Shown here: one piece after another, positions 28,863 through 37,245 of the stretch
Position numbering within the stretch: position 1 is the first letter of the stretch
Layout: each line of letters opens with the position of its first letter
NCBI GenBank assembly: GCA_003605035.1
Contig: QZKJ01000053.1
Coordinates: 99,507-163,506, forward strand
Length of the DNA: 64,000 nucleotides
Reading direction: 5' to 3'
Origin: Desulfurivibrio sp.
Lineage (GTDB): Bacteria; Desulfobacterota; Desulfobulbia; Desulfobulbales; SURF-16
The notes under the pieces: generated by a model
What the model saw: the letters and a program-made list of their open reading frames with translations, nothing else
The model's database searches: none
Told to the model about the DNA's origin: nothing
Translations under genes and position numbers: made by a program

Positions 28863-29654
28863 TTATCCTCCCAGTCCCTGGGCAAGTCTGGGCAGAATTC
28901 TTCCCAGCATGTCGAACTGGCTGAGCATAAGGGGAAGAAAATAGACGAGCGACAGGCCGACAAAGATAAAACCCACCCCGATATTGAGCGGCATGCCCAC
29001 TATGAGAATGGGGATCTGCGGCACGGTTTTGGCGATGATGCCCATGGCGACATGGGAAAAGAAAACCGCGGCCGAGGCCGGGGCCATGATCTTGACCGAC
29101 ATGAGAAACATCTGTCCGGTGCCCTGCATCAGCCCCTCAAAGGTGGCCTGGCTGACATGCAGGGTGCCGGGGGCAACCCAGGTGAAGCTCTCCTGCAGGG
29201 TTTTGATAAAGAGATGATGCCCGTCAATGGCCAGAAAGATGAGAATGGCAATGAGGTTCCAGAACTGGCCGACCAGCGAGGTCTGGGTGCCGAACTGGGG
29301 GTCGATGACCCCGGCCATGCCGATGCCCATCTGGATGCCCACCATCTGGCCGGCAATCTGGACGGCGTCAAAAATCAGACGGGTGAAAACAGCCAGAATG
29401 CCGGCAAAACAGACCTCGCTGAGGACAAAGATGAGAAAGCCGAGGGTGGTGGTCGGCAGCTGGCCGGCATGCACCGGCACGACCGGCAGCAGCACCAGGG
29501 CGGTGGCCACCGTCATGAGCATCTTGACCTGGGAGGGGACGTTACGGGATCCGGTGACCGGCATGAAAAAGAGCAGGGGTCCTACTCTGATCATGATTAT
29601 GACCAGGGCCAGAAATTGATTCAGGGTCCAGTTCAGCAGTTTGGCGTCAACCAT
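28863..29654 (-). CDS. fliR: flagellar export protein FliR
   Basis: 263-aa polytopic ORF located between fliQ and flhB. Confidence 0.9.
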   Translation of the reverse strand: MVDAKLLNWTLNQFLALVIIMIRVGPLLFFMPVTGSRNVPSQVKMLMTVATALVLLPVVPVHAGQLPTTTLGFLIFVLSEVCFAGILAVFTRLIFDAVQIAGQMVGIQMGIGMAGVIDPQFGTQTSLVGQFWNLIAILIFLAIDGHHLFIKTLQESFTWVAPGTLHVSQATFEGLMQGTGQMFLMSVKIMAPASAAVFFSHVAMGIIAKTVPQIPILIVGMPLNIGVGFIFVGLSLVYFLPLMLSQFDMLGRILPRLAQGLGG

Positions 29655-29667
29655 CCTTGTCTCCCTG

Positions 29668-29937
29668 TCATCTGATCAGATTGGGGATGCTGAGAAAGAG
29701 TTCGTTGGTGTAATCGGTCATTTTTATCAGCATCCAGGAGGAAAAAAAGAGCAGGGCCAGGGTGACGGCCACGATCTTGGGCACAAAGGTCAGGGTCATT
29801 TCCTGGATCTGGGTGGTGGCCTGAAAGATGGAGACCAGCAGGCCCACCGCCATGCCGATCAGCAGCAGCGGGGCGGAAAGCAGCAGGGTGATGGTGATCG
29901 CATTCTGACCGAGGGTGACAGCTTCCATGGGTACCAT
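29668..29937 (-). CDS. fliQ: flagellar export protein FliQ
   Basis: 89-aa ORF with two TM helices, located after fliP. Confidence 0.93.
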   Translation of the reverse strand: MVPMEAVTLGQNAITITLLLSAPLLLIGMAVGLLVSIFQATTQIQEMTLTFVPKIVAVTLALLFFSSWMLIKMTDYTNELFLSIPNLIR

Positions 29938-29939
29938 GA

Positions 29940-30692
29940 CTAGACTCCAAAGCTTTTGACCAGCGAACCGACGATGAGATACCAGCCGTCCACCAGCACA
30001 AAGAGCAGCAGTTTAAAGGGCAGTGAAACCATGACCGGCGGCAGCATCATCATGCCCATGGAGAGCAGGACGCTGGACACCACCATGTCGATGACCAGAA
30101 AGGGCAGAAAGAGAATGAAGCCGATCTGGAAGGCGGTTTTCAGCTCGCTGATGACAAAGGCCGGCACCAGGATGGTGGTGGGGACCTCATCCTTGTTGGC
30201 CGGCTTCTGCCATTTGGCGATGCCGAGAAAAAGGGCCAGGTCCTTTTCCCTGGTCTGCTTGAACATGAAGGCCCGCAGGGGTTTGATGCCTTCGCCGAAG
30301 GCCTGCTGCAGATCAATCTGCTGACTCATGTAGGGCTTGACCGCCGTATCGTTCATTTCCTTCAGCACCGGGGTCATGATAAAAATGGTGAGAAACAGGG
30401 AAAGTCCGATGAGCAGCTGGGGCGGCGGCATCTGCTGGGTGCCCAGGGCGTTGCGCAGAAAGGAAAAGGTGACGACCAGCCTGGTGAAGCAGGTGGTCAT
30501 CAGCAGGATGGCCGGGGCAATGGACAAAACAGTGAAGATGAGCAGGATTTCGATGAGCACGGAAACCTGTTTCGGGTCATTGGTGTCCGCCAGACCGACC
30601 TGCACGGTCGGCAGGGTGACGGCCAGGCAGTCCGGAACTGCCAGGAACAGCGGGAACAGAAAGGGGGTAAGGGTCAGCAGAAATTTTTTCAT
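29940..30692 (-). CDS. fliP: flagellar export protein FliP
   Basis: 250-aa ORF with a signal peptide and conserved FliP blocks (TSFTRLVV-like CFTRLVVTFSFLRNALG; FLPFLVIDMVV). Confidence 0.95.
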   Translation of the reverse strand: MKKFLLTLTPFLFPLFLAVPDCLAVTLPTVQVGLADTNDPKQVSVLIEILLIFTVLSIAPAILLMTTCFTRLVVTFSFLRNALGTQQMPPPQLLIGLSLFLTIFIMTPVLKEMNDTAVKPYMSQQIDLQQAFGEGIKPLRAFMFKQTREKDLALFLGIAKWQKPANKDEVPTTILVPAFVISELKTAFQIGFILFLPFLVIDMVVSSVLLSMGMMMLPPVMVSLPFKLLLFVLVDGWYLIVGSLVKSFGV

Positions 30693-31204
30693 TGGCCGTC
30701 CCTCTTGACCAGCCTGCCGAGCAGGGCGGCGAAAGTCGTCTGCGGCGGGTTCTCCGCCGGGCTCTCCTGTTCCTGGGCTACGCCGGGCTCCAGCCTGGTC
30801 AGCATGGTGATCTGCTGGTCGGTAATGCCAAGGGCCAGGGTCTCATTGGCCACCTGCACCACGGCGACATACTTTTTCGGGGCGATCATCCTGGTGTCGA
30901 TGACGCTGATCAGCCTGCCCTGCCGCAACCCTGGGCGGCTCAGACCGATTTTTCTCAGCCAGACGGCAAGCAGCAGCATGAGCCCCACGGTCAGCAGCAG
31001 GGCGCCCATGACCTTCATGATGGTAACGGCCAGGGAGGTGGTCTGGGCCAGATCAAGCACCGGCTCGGTCACCGAACCAGAACCCGCGGCCGGCGCCTCG
31101 GCCCCGGCCCGGGCCGGCATGGCGGCAAACGCCATGAACACCAGCCCCGCCCGGTAAAGCCGGGCCGCTGTCTGTGCTGATCTGTGCAGAAGGGAGCCTT
31201 TCAT
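30689..31204 (-). CDS. fliO: flagellar biosynthesis protein FliO/FliZ
   Basis: 171-aa single-TM ORF directly upstream of fliP, overlapping it by 4 nt. Called on position and topology only. Confidence 0.6.
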   Translation of the reverse strand: MKGSLLHRSAQTAARLYRAGLVFMAFAAMPARAGAEAPAAGSGSVTEPVLDLAQTTSLAVTIMKVMGALLLTVGLMLLLAVWLRKIGLSRPGLRQGRLISVIDTRMIAPKKYVAVVQVANETLALGITDQQITMLTRLEPGVAQEQESPAENPPQTTFAALLGRLVKRDGQ

Positions 31205-31254
31205 CAGTCTTTACTCGGTAAACTCATTCATGTTTTGTCTGGCAGGCATGTGGG

Positions 31255-31698
31255 TCAGCCCATGTTCTTGATGCGGTCCGCCTGGCTGATGATTTCCGTG
31301 ATCCGCACGCCGAAGCGGTCATTGACCACAATCACCTCGCCTTTGCCCAGAAGCTTGCGGTTGACATAGATTTCCACCGGTTCGCCGGCCGCCTTTTCCA
31401 GTTCCACCACCGATCCCTGCGTCAACTGCAGCATCCTGTCGATGATCATGCTGGTGCGGCCCAGCTCCACCGTGACATCCAGCGGGATATCCAGCAGGAA
31501 ATCAAGGTTGTGGCTGGAGGCATGCGGAGCGCCGCCACTCTCTTCCAGTTCGTTGAAGCTGGCCGGCCGCGATCCAGCCCCGTTTTTGGCCAGGGAATCC
31601 CAGTCGTCGCCGCCGGCCTCGTTAGCCGCTCCGTTTTTCTTCGGCTTCGCCTCTTCCAGGGCGCTGGCCCAAGCATCATCCAAAGATTCATCAGCCAT
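31255..31698 (-). CDS. fliN: flagellar motor switch protein FliN
   Basis: 147-aa ORF with a SpoA C-terminal domain (LDIPLDVTVELGRTSMII..LLQLTQGSVVELEK..GEPVEIYVN). Confidence 0.9.
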   Translation of the reverse strand: MADESLDDAWASALEEAKPKKNGAANEAGGDDWDSLAKNGAGSRPASFNELEESGGAPHASSHNLDFLLDIPLDVTVELGRTSMIIDRMLQLTQGSVVELEKAAGEPVEIYVNRKLLGKGEVIVVNDRFGVRITEIISQADRIKNMG

Positions 31699-31712
31699 TT
31701 TCTGTTTCTCCG

Positions 31713-32702
31713 TTAATCCCTTTCCTGGTCAAAGACCTTGCGTTTGATTAAAAAGGCTTTGTTGCCCCGGTGAATTCCGGGTGATCCCATATATTTTCTG
31801 ATGCCGCCGACAAAGGCGGGCAGCATTTCGTCCTTTCTCTTGTCCAGCTGGATGATATCCCCCACCTCCAGGCTGAGAATGTCGCCGGCCGGCAGCACCG
31901 TCCTGCCCAGTTCGGCCCGGAAATCAACGGAAACATTCTTGATGTTTTCGGTGAGAATCCGCTTGAGACTGATGTCCTCGTCGCTCTGCTCCCGCTGGAA
32001 AGTGGTCATCAGCTTCTGTTTGACCGATTCCAGGTTGGTGACCGGAATGCAGGAGGTGATGCTGCCCACGGCCCGGTCCATATCCACCTCGTAGCGGTTG
32101 ATGATGACCACGTCTTCCGGTTCGCAGATCTTGGCGAACTGGGGGTTGATTTCGCTGCGGATGTGCTGAACCTTGATGGGCTGCAGGGAGTACCAGGCCT
32201 TTTCCAGGTCGCTTAGGATCAGGTTGACGATGCGCTGGATCAGCCGCTGTTCAATGCCGGTGAAATCGCGGCCTTCGATCCTGACGTTTCTGGTGCCGCT
32301 GCCGCCCAGGAAGCTTTCCACAAAGGCGAAGACCAGTTTCGGCTCGATGACGAACAGGGCATGACCGCGAAACGGCTCCATCTTGAAAATCTGCAGACTG
32401 CTGGGCACCGGCAGGGTGCGGACAAAGGCGCCGAAGCGTTCCAGTTCCATGGGTACCGCGGTGATATCCAGGATGCGCCGCAGCGAGGCGGAGATCGATG
32501 AGCGGATGGAACGTAGAAACACGTCATTGATGGCCTCCATGGCCGGCATCTTGACCTGGACGATGCGTTCCTGCCGGCTGAAATCATAGGAAGAGTATTC
32601 GAGGGCCTCCTCGACAAGCTGCTCTTCCGGTTCTTCAATGTCGCCCCCTGCAATTCCCTTTAACAGGGCGTCAACTTCGTCTTGGCTGAGGATTTGTTCC
32701 AT
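31713..32702 (-). CDS. fliM: flagellar motor switch protein FliM
   Basis: 329-aa ORF with the N-terminal CheY-P binding motif LSQDEVDALL. Confidence 0.93.
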   Translation of the reverse strand: MEQILSQDEVDALLKGIAGGDIEEPEEQLVEEALEYSSYDFSRQERIVQVKMPAMEAINDVFLRSIRSSISASLRRILDITAVPMELERFGAFVRTLPVPSSLQIFKMEPFRGHALFVIEPKLVFAFVESFLGGSGTRNVRIEGRDFTGIEQRLIQRIVNLILSDLEKAWYSLQPIKVQHIRSEINPQFAKICEPEDVVIINRYEVDMDRAVGSITSCIPVTNLESVKQKLMTTFQREQSDEDISLKRILTENIKNVSVDFRAELGRTVLPAGDILSLEVGDIIQLDKRKDEMLPAFVGGIRKYMGSPGIHRGNKAFLIKRKVFDQERD

Positions 32703-32722
32703 GGAGATCTATAGTTTCAGTT

Positions 32723-32774
32723 AGGAGCCGTTACGAAATAACCTCTTCATTTTGAGTATTTCGTTACGGCTCCT
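32723..32774 (-). other. strong intercistronic hairpin between fliL and fliM
   Basis: 18-nt arms AGGAGCCGTTACGAAATA / TATTTCGTTACGGCTCCT with one central mismatch and a 16-nt loop. It ends 20 nt before the fliM ATG, which has no obvious SD. Confidence 0.6.
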
Positions 32775-32856
32775 TATGCCGTCACTGACAACCGGACGGC
32801 GATGTTATTTTATTGCAACGGCTTAGTGGCAAAATGCCCGTGCCGTCGCGCAGTTG

Positions 32857-33372
32857 TTACTGGACCACGAATTCGGAAAAGTAGATGCTTTTGATCTTGT
32901 CGGGGCGGGTCACCCGGTTGAATCGTTCGAGCAGTTCATCCCTGATGCGCAGTTTGCCCTCAGGCGTCATCACCTCTTCAAAGGAGAGGCTGGTCAGCAT
33001 CATGATGACGATATCCCGCAGTTTGGGGGTCACCTTCTGCGCTCTGTCCGCCGCCTCCAGCGTTTCAAGCTCCAGGCTGATTTTCATCTTCAGGTAGCGG
33101 TTCCCTTTCGGGTCGGCCAGATTGACCACAAAAGGATCCAGGGTGACAATTTCGCCCACCGTTTCCGGCAGGTCCGCAGGGTTGACCGACGCCTGGGGAA
33201 TCGGCTCGGGTTTAGGGGCCAGGAACTTGGTGTAGGCGAAAAAGCCGCCGCCGCCTAAAAGGAGGATGGCCACCCCCAGGATAATAAAGAGAATTTTCTT
33301 TGACTTCTTGGCGGGTTCCGCCGTCCCTTCCCCGGCCTTGGCCTGCTCATCTGCCATTGTCTTGTCTCCCAA
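32857..33372 (-). CDS. fliL: flagellar basal-body-associated protein FliL
   Basis: 171-aa ORF with one TM helix (ILFIILGVAILLLGGGGFFAY) and a FliL core (VVNLADPKGNRYLKMKISLE). It is the first gene of the operon. Confidence 0.85.
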   Translation of the reverse strand: MGDKTMADEQAKAGEGTAEPAKKSKKILFIILGVAILLLGGGGFFAYTKFLAPKPEPIPQASVNPADLPETVGEIVTLDPFVVNLADPKGNRYLKMKISLELETLEAADRAQKVTPKLRDIVIMMLTSLSFEEVMTPEGKLRIRDELLERFNRVTRPDKIKSIYFSEFVVQ

Positions 33373-33412
33373 AAGAAAAAATCAACTGGTATACTTGTCT
33401 GCCCATGCTCTC

Positions 33413-33428
33413 TGCGAGTATTATGCCA
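33413..33428 (-). promoter_or_regulatory. sigma-54 promoter of the fliL...flhA...fliA operon
   Basis: The minus strand reads TGGCAT-AATAC-TCGCA with exact -24/-12 spacing, ~40 nt upstream of the fliL ATG. Confidence 0.7.
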
Positions 33429-33709
33429 CACTTGCCGGCAATAGTAAATCAAGGGGCAACAGGCTGTTTTCATTGAATTAGCCTGTGAGGCCCCGGCGTG
33501 ATTTTTTTGATGGAGCCGCCCGCCGCAGCCCCTAATGGTCATTTTTCTGACTCCCCGCAGGGCCTGAAGTCAAAAAAATGAAGGCTTCGCCCAGCAGGCG
33601 CAGCAGGGGCGATGACAAAGATGACCTTTTATGGTAAAGGGCAACGATATTTTATGAAACCTAATCTTCGACAATCAAGAGAATCAGGAAAATAACAGGA
33701 GTTGAGCAA

Positions 33710-35629
33710 ATGGGTAAAACCGTTACGGAAAAAATACTGGCAGCTCACCTGGTGGAAGGTGAGATGATAAAGGGCAGGGAGATCGGCATCCGCATTGATC
33801 AGACCCTGACCCAGGATGCGACTGGGACCATGGCCTACCTGGAGTTTGAATCCATCGGCATCCCGCGGGTGCAGACCGAGTGTTCCGTCTGTTACGTTGA
33901 CCACAATCTGCTGCAGTCGGATTTCAAGAACGCCGATGACCATCGTTTTCTGCAGTCCATTGCCAGAAAATACGGCCTCTATTTTTCCCCGCCGGGCAAC
34001 GGCATTTCCCATCAGATCAATCTGGAGCGCTTCGGCAAACCGGGCAAGACCCTGCTCGGCTCGGACAGCCATACCCCCACCGGCGGCGGGCTCGGCATGC
34101 TGGCCATCGGCGCCGGCGGCCTCGATGTGGCCATGGCCATGGCCGGCAAGCCTTTTTATCTGGTCATGCCCAGAATTTACGGGGTGAAGCTGACCGGCAA
34201 ACTGTCTCCCTGGGTGTCGGCCCGCGACGTGCTGCTGGAATTGCTGCGCCGGCTGACCGTCAAGGGCGGGGTGGGCTATATTTTCGAATATTTCGGTCCG
34301 GGGGTCAAAGAGCTTTCCGCCACCGACCGGGCCTCGATCACCAATTTCGGGGCCGAGCTCGGGGCCACCACCTCGGTGTTTCCTTCGGACGAGAATACTC
34401 TGAAATTCCTCAGAAGCCAGGGCCGGGAAGACTGCTGGGTGGAGATCGTCGCCGATGCCGATGCCCAATATGACGAAATTACGGAAGTTGACCTGTCCAC
34501 CCTGGAGCCCATGATCGCCTGCCCCTCCTCGCCGGATAACGTGGTGAAGGTGAGCGAGGTGGCCGGCCGGCCGGTTGCCCAGGTGCTGGTCGGCTCCTGC
34601 TCCAACTCCTCCCTGCGGGATCTGCTGGTGGTGGCCAAAACCCTGGCAGGCAGGCAGGTGAGCAACGAGGTGAGTTTCGAGATCAACCCCGGCAGCCGCC
34701 AGGTGCTGGAGAATCTCACCGCCCTGGGCGAGATGCTGCCCCTCATTCACGCCGGCGCCAGGGTGCACCAGGCCGGCTGTCTCGGCTGTATCGGCATGGG
34801 CCAGGCCCCGGCCACCGGCACCATCTCTCTGCGCACCTTTCCGCGCAACTTTCCCGGCCGCAGCGGCACGGTGAGCGATCAGGTCTATCTCTGCAGCCCG
34901 GAGGTGGCCGTTGCCTCAGCCATTACCGGCAAAATCACCGATCCCCGCGACCTGGGGGATTATCCGGCCTTTACCCTGCCGGATAAATATCTGCCCGGCG
35001 ACTCCCGCATCGAGCCGCCGCTGGCCGACGGCAGCGGGGTGACGATCATCCGCGGCCCCAATATCGCCCCCTTCCCGAGCTTCGCCCCCATGCCGGAGAC
35101 CTGGCAGGGCACGGTGCTGCTCAAGGCCGGCGACAACATCACCACGGACCATATCATGCCGGCCGGGGCCCAGATCCTGCCCCTGCGCAGCAATATTCCG
35201 GCGATCAGCGAATTTGTGTTCCGGGCGCTCGACGAGCATTTCAGCCAGCATGCCAGGGAGGCGGGCAGCGGCATGATTGTCGGCGGCGAGAATTACGGAC
35301 AGGGTTCTTCCCGGGAACACGCGGCCCTGGCCCCCCGCTATCTCGGGGTGGAGGTGAAGCTGGTGAAAAGTTTTGCCCGCATCCATAAGGCCAATCTGAT
35401 CAACTTCGGCATCCTGCCCCTGACCTTTGCCCATCCCGCTGATTATGACCGGGTCAGGCAGGGCGCTAAAGTGGTCATCCCCGGCCTGCGCCAGGCCCTG
35501 GCCAGCGGAGCGCAGGCCATTACCGTGGAGATCGGCGGCCAGGCGGTGCAGGCGGTGCTCGATGTTTCCGAGCGGCACCGCCAGATCCTGCTGGCCGGCG
35601 GCCTGCTCAACTGGGCCAAGGGAAATTGA
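33710..35629 (+). CDS. aconitate hydratase (short ~640-aa form)
   Basis: 639-aa ORF with IRIDQTLTQDATG, GSDSHT, CSNSS and CLGCIG Fe-S ligand blocks, plus a swivel domain with GENYGQGSSREHAA. Confidence 0.9.
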   Translation: MGKTVTEKILAAHLVEGEMIKGREIGIRIDQTLTQDATGTMAYLEFESIGIPRVQTECSVCYVDHNLLQSDFKNADDHRFLQSIARKYGLYFSPPGNGISHQINLERFGKPGKTLLGSDSHTPTGGGLGMLAIGAGGLDVAMAMAGKPFYLVMPRIYGVKLTGKLSPWVSARDVLLELLRRLTVKGGVGYIFEYFGPGVKELSATDRASITNFGAELGATTSVFPSDENTLKFLRSQGREDCWVEIVADADAQYDEITEVDLSTLEPMIACPSSPDNVVKVSEVAGRPVAQVLVGSCSNSSLRDLLVVAKTLAGRQVSNEVSFEINPGSRQVLENLTALGEMLPLIHAGARVHQAGCLGCIGMGQAPATGTISLRTFPRNFPGRSGTVSDQVYLCSPEVAVASAITGKITDPRDLGDYPAFTLPDKYLPGDSRIEPPLADGSGVTIIRGPNIAPFPSFAPMPETWQGTVLLKAGDNITTDHIMPAGAQILPLRSNIPAISEFVFRALDEHFSQHAREAGSGMIVGGENYGQGSSREHAALAPRYLGVEVKLVKSFARIHKANLINFGILPLTFAHPADYDRVRQGAKVVIPGLRQALASGAQAITVEIGGQAVQAVLDVSERHRQILLAGGLLNWAKGN

Positions 35630-35807
35630 AAAAAAACTGGTAACTATTGAAGCGGCAACGCATCTGCTTTGTCATCGGGCCTGGCCGCATACCATATGCA
35701 GGGCGGCCAGGGCTTTCCCGGTGTCTGCGCTTACCGGCGCATCTGCGGCACTGCTCCAATATTGCTGCACCGGGCGAGCGAACGTTTTTCGTCCCAAGCC
35801 GGGTAAT

Positions 35808-35821
35808 TACAAAAAATTGTA
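35808..35821. promoter_or_regulatory. candidate enhancer (UAS) site 1
   Basis: TACAAAAAATTGTA (half-sites TACAA / TTGTA, 4-nt A spacer), ~270 bp upstream of the 36076 sigma-54 promoter. Confidence 0.5.
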
Positions 35822-35897
35822 CTTTGGCGCCGCACCTGCTGGGCAAGTAAGAGCATGATGCTGGTTTTTCTGCGGCAGCAACGGGGGACAGGGTCGG

Positions 35898-35911
35898 TAC
35901 AAAAAATTGGA
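35898..35911. promoter_or_regulatory. candidate enhancer (UAS) site 2
   Basis: TACAAAAAATTGGA, 90 bp after site 1. It shares the flanks GGGT..TAC and TTTGG with site 1. Confidence 0.45.
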
Positions 35912-35973
35912 TTTGGCTTAATGTTGTGATTTTGTTTAATAATTTCATTATACCCAGGGAAAAGGGCGGGGAG

Positions 35974-35987
35974 TATAAAAAATTGTA
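35974..35987. promoter_or_regulatory. candidate enhancer (UAS) site 3
   Basis: TATAAAAAATTGTA, 76 bp after site 2 and ~100 bp upstream of the -24 element. Confidence 0.45.
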
Positions 35988-36075
35988 TTTATTGAGGATG
36001 GATTCATTTTTGAGAAAAAATCCTATTCCCTTATGCCACAAGGGATTGAGAAGAAATTTTTTTTTCTGAGCTATT

Positions 36076-36091
36076 TGGCACGCCAGTTGCT
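36076..36091 (+). promoter_or_regulatory. sigma-54 promoter
   Basis: TGGCAC-GCCAG-TTGCT, a consensus -24/-12 with exact spacing. The predicted TSS is near 36102. Confidence 0.8.
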
Positions 36092-36101
36092 TTTACACCA
36101 A

Positions 36102-36178
36102 AGCAAGATAACAACTCTTATCTCCTTTCTCCAGAAAAAGGCTGGTCCTGTCCCCCCAGGATCGGCCTTTTTCGTTTT
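36102..36178 (+). ncRNA. candidate ~77-nt sigma-54-dependent small RNA, or a terminating leader of the DUF362 operon
   Basis: Runs from the predicted TSS to the terminator. It has a 6-bp hairpin AGATAA/TTATCT (36106-36123), an unpaired CCTTTCTCC (36124-36132, anti-SD-like), and then a GC-rich terminator hairpin plus U-run. Confidence 0.4.
36139..36178 (+). terminator. rho-independent terminator 50 nt upstream of the DUF362 ATG
   Basis: 12-bp stem AGGCTGGTCCTG / CAGGATCGGCCT (two G.U pairs) with a 6-nt loop, followed by TTTTTCGTTTT. An A-run precedes it. Confidence 0.7.
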
Positions 36179-36227
36179 GTGGCGCCAGGCATCTTCCCAT
36201 CCTCCCTGTTTTTTCCGCTGACAAGCC

Positions 36228-37163
36228 ATGGAAATTTCATCACAAGAAGTAGGCATCCTGCGCTGCCCCGCCTATGGCCGGCAGGCGCTTAAGGAGCAGG
36301 TGGCCATCATTGCCGCGGCCCTTGGTTTTCACCTGCCGGCCGGCAGCCAGGTACTGCTGAAACCGAACCTGGTGGCCGGGCGAGGCCACAACGGCCTGGC
36401 CTGCACCCACCCGGAGTTTGTCGCCGCGGTGGCCGAGTGGTGCCTGGACTGCGGGGCCAGGGTGGCCATCGGCGATTCCCCCGCCTTTGGCCGGGCGCCT
36501 GCCGTGATGCGGGCCTGCGGCTTTGCCGAAAGCCTCAGGGGGCTGCCGGTTGCGTTGATTCATTTCGGCACGGCCCGGCAGGTCAGGCTTGCCTGCGGCG
36601 AGCGCATCACGCTGGCCGCCGAGGCGCTGGACTGCGATGTGCTGATCAATCTCCCCAAGTGCAAGGCCCATTCCCAGACCTTCATTTCCCTTGCGGTGAA
36701 AAATTGTTTCGGCACGGTGAAAGGCCTGGGCAAGGCCCTGCTCCATCAGAAACTGGGAGAGGATGAGCAGGCTTTCTGCCGGCTGCTGGTGGATCTGCTG
36801 GCGGTGCTGCCGGCTGGGATCAATTTTATTGATGGGGTGCAGGCCATGCACCGGAAAGGCCCGATGCGCGGGGAGATGTTCCCCCTGGGGGTGATGGCTG
36901 GCTCGGTCAATCCCGTGGCCCTGGATACCGCCATGCTGCTCATGCTTGGTGTCGCCCCGGAGCAGAGCATGATCTGGCGGGAGACGGCGAGACAGAGGCT
37001 TGCCGGCGCCCGACCGGAGGAGCTTGTCTTCCCGTTGCTGCAGCCGCGGGATATCCCGGCCGATGGCTTTGTCCTGCCGTCGGAATTGCAACCGATCCCG
37101 TTTAAGCCCCTGCAGGTTATCAGCAGCCTGGTCAAGCGGGTGCGGCTGCTGTTGCATTCGTAA
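36228..37163 (+). CDS. DUF362 domain protein
   Basis: 311-aa ORF. VGILRCPAY...VLLKPNLV...INLPKCKAHSQT match my recollection of DUF362. There is no obvious Shine-Dalgarno sequence before the ATG. Confidence 0.7.
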   Translation: MEISSQEVGILRCPAYGRQALKEQVAIIAAALGFHLPAGSQVLLKPNLVAGRGHNGLACTHPEFVAAVAEWCLDCGARVAIGDSPAFGRAPAVMRACGFAESLRGLPVALIHFGTARQVRLACGERITLAAEALDCDVLINLPKCKAHSQTFISLAVKNCFGTVKGLGKALLHQKLGEDEQAFCRLLVDLLAVLPAGINFIDGVQAMHRKGPMRGEMFPLGVMAGSVNPVALDTAMLLMLGVAPEQSMIWRETARQRLAGARPEELVFPLLQPRDIPADGFVLPSELQPIPFKPLQVISSLVKRVRLLLHS

Positions 37164-37245
37164 AAAAAAAGAAGTCCAGGGGGCTGAAGCAGGAGAGGGT
37201 CTTTTTACTTTAGCACCTCCCAACGCATCCAAGGAAACCAACATC

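Noticed and set aside
32735-32764. A 9-codon mini-ORF (MKRLFRNGS*) inside the fliL-fliM hairpin on the minus strand, considered as a possible leader peptide.
   Set aside because: It has no SD. It lies largely within the stem and loop of the hairpin, and its composition shows no regulatory-codon bias. It is most likely fortuitous.
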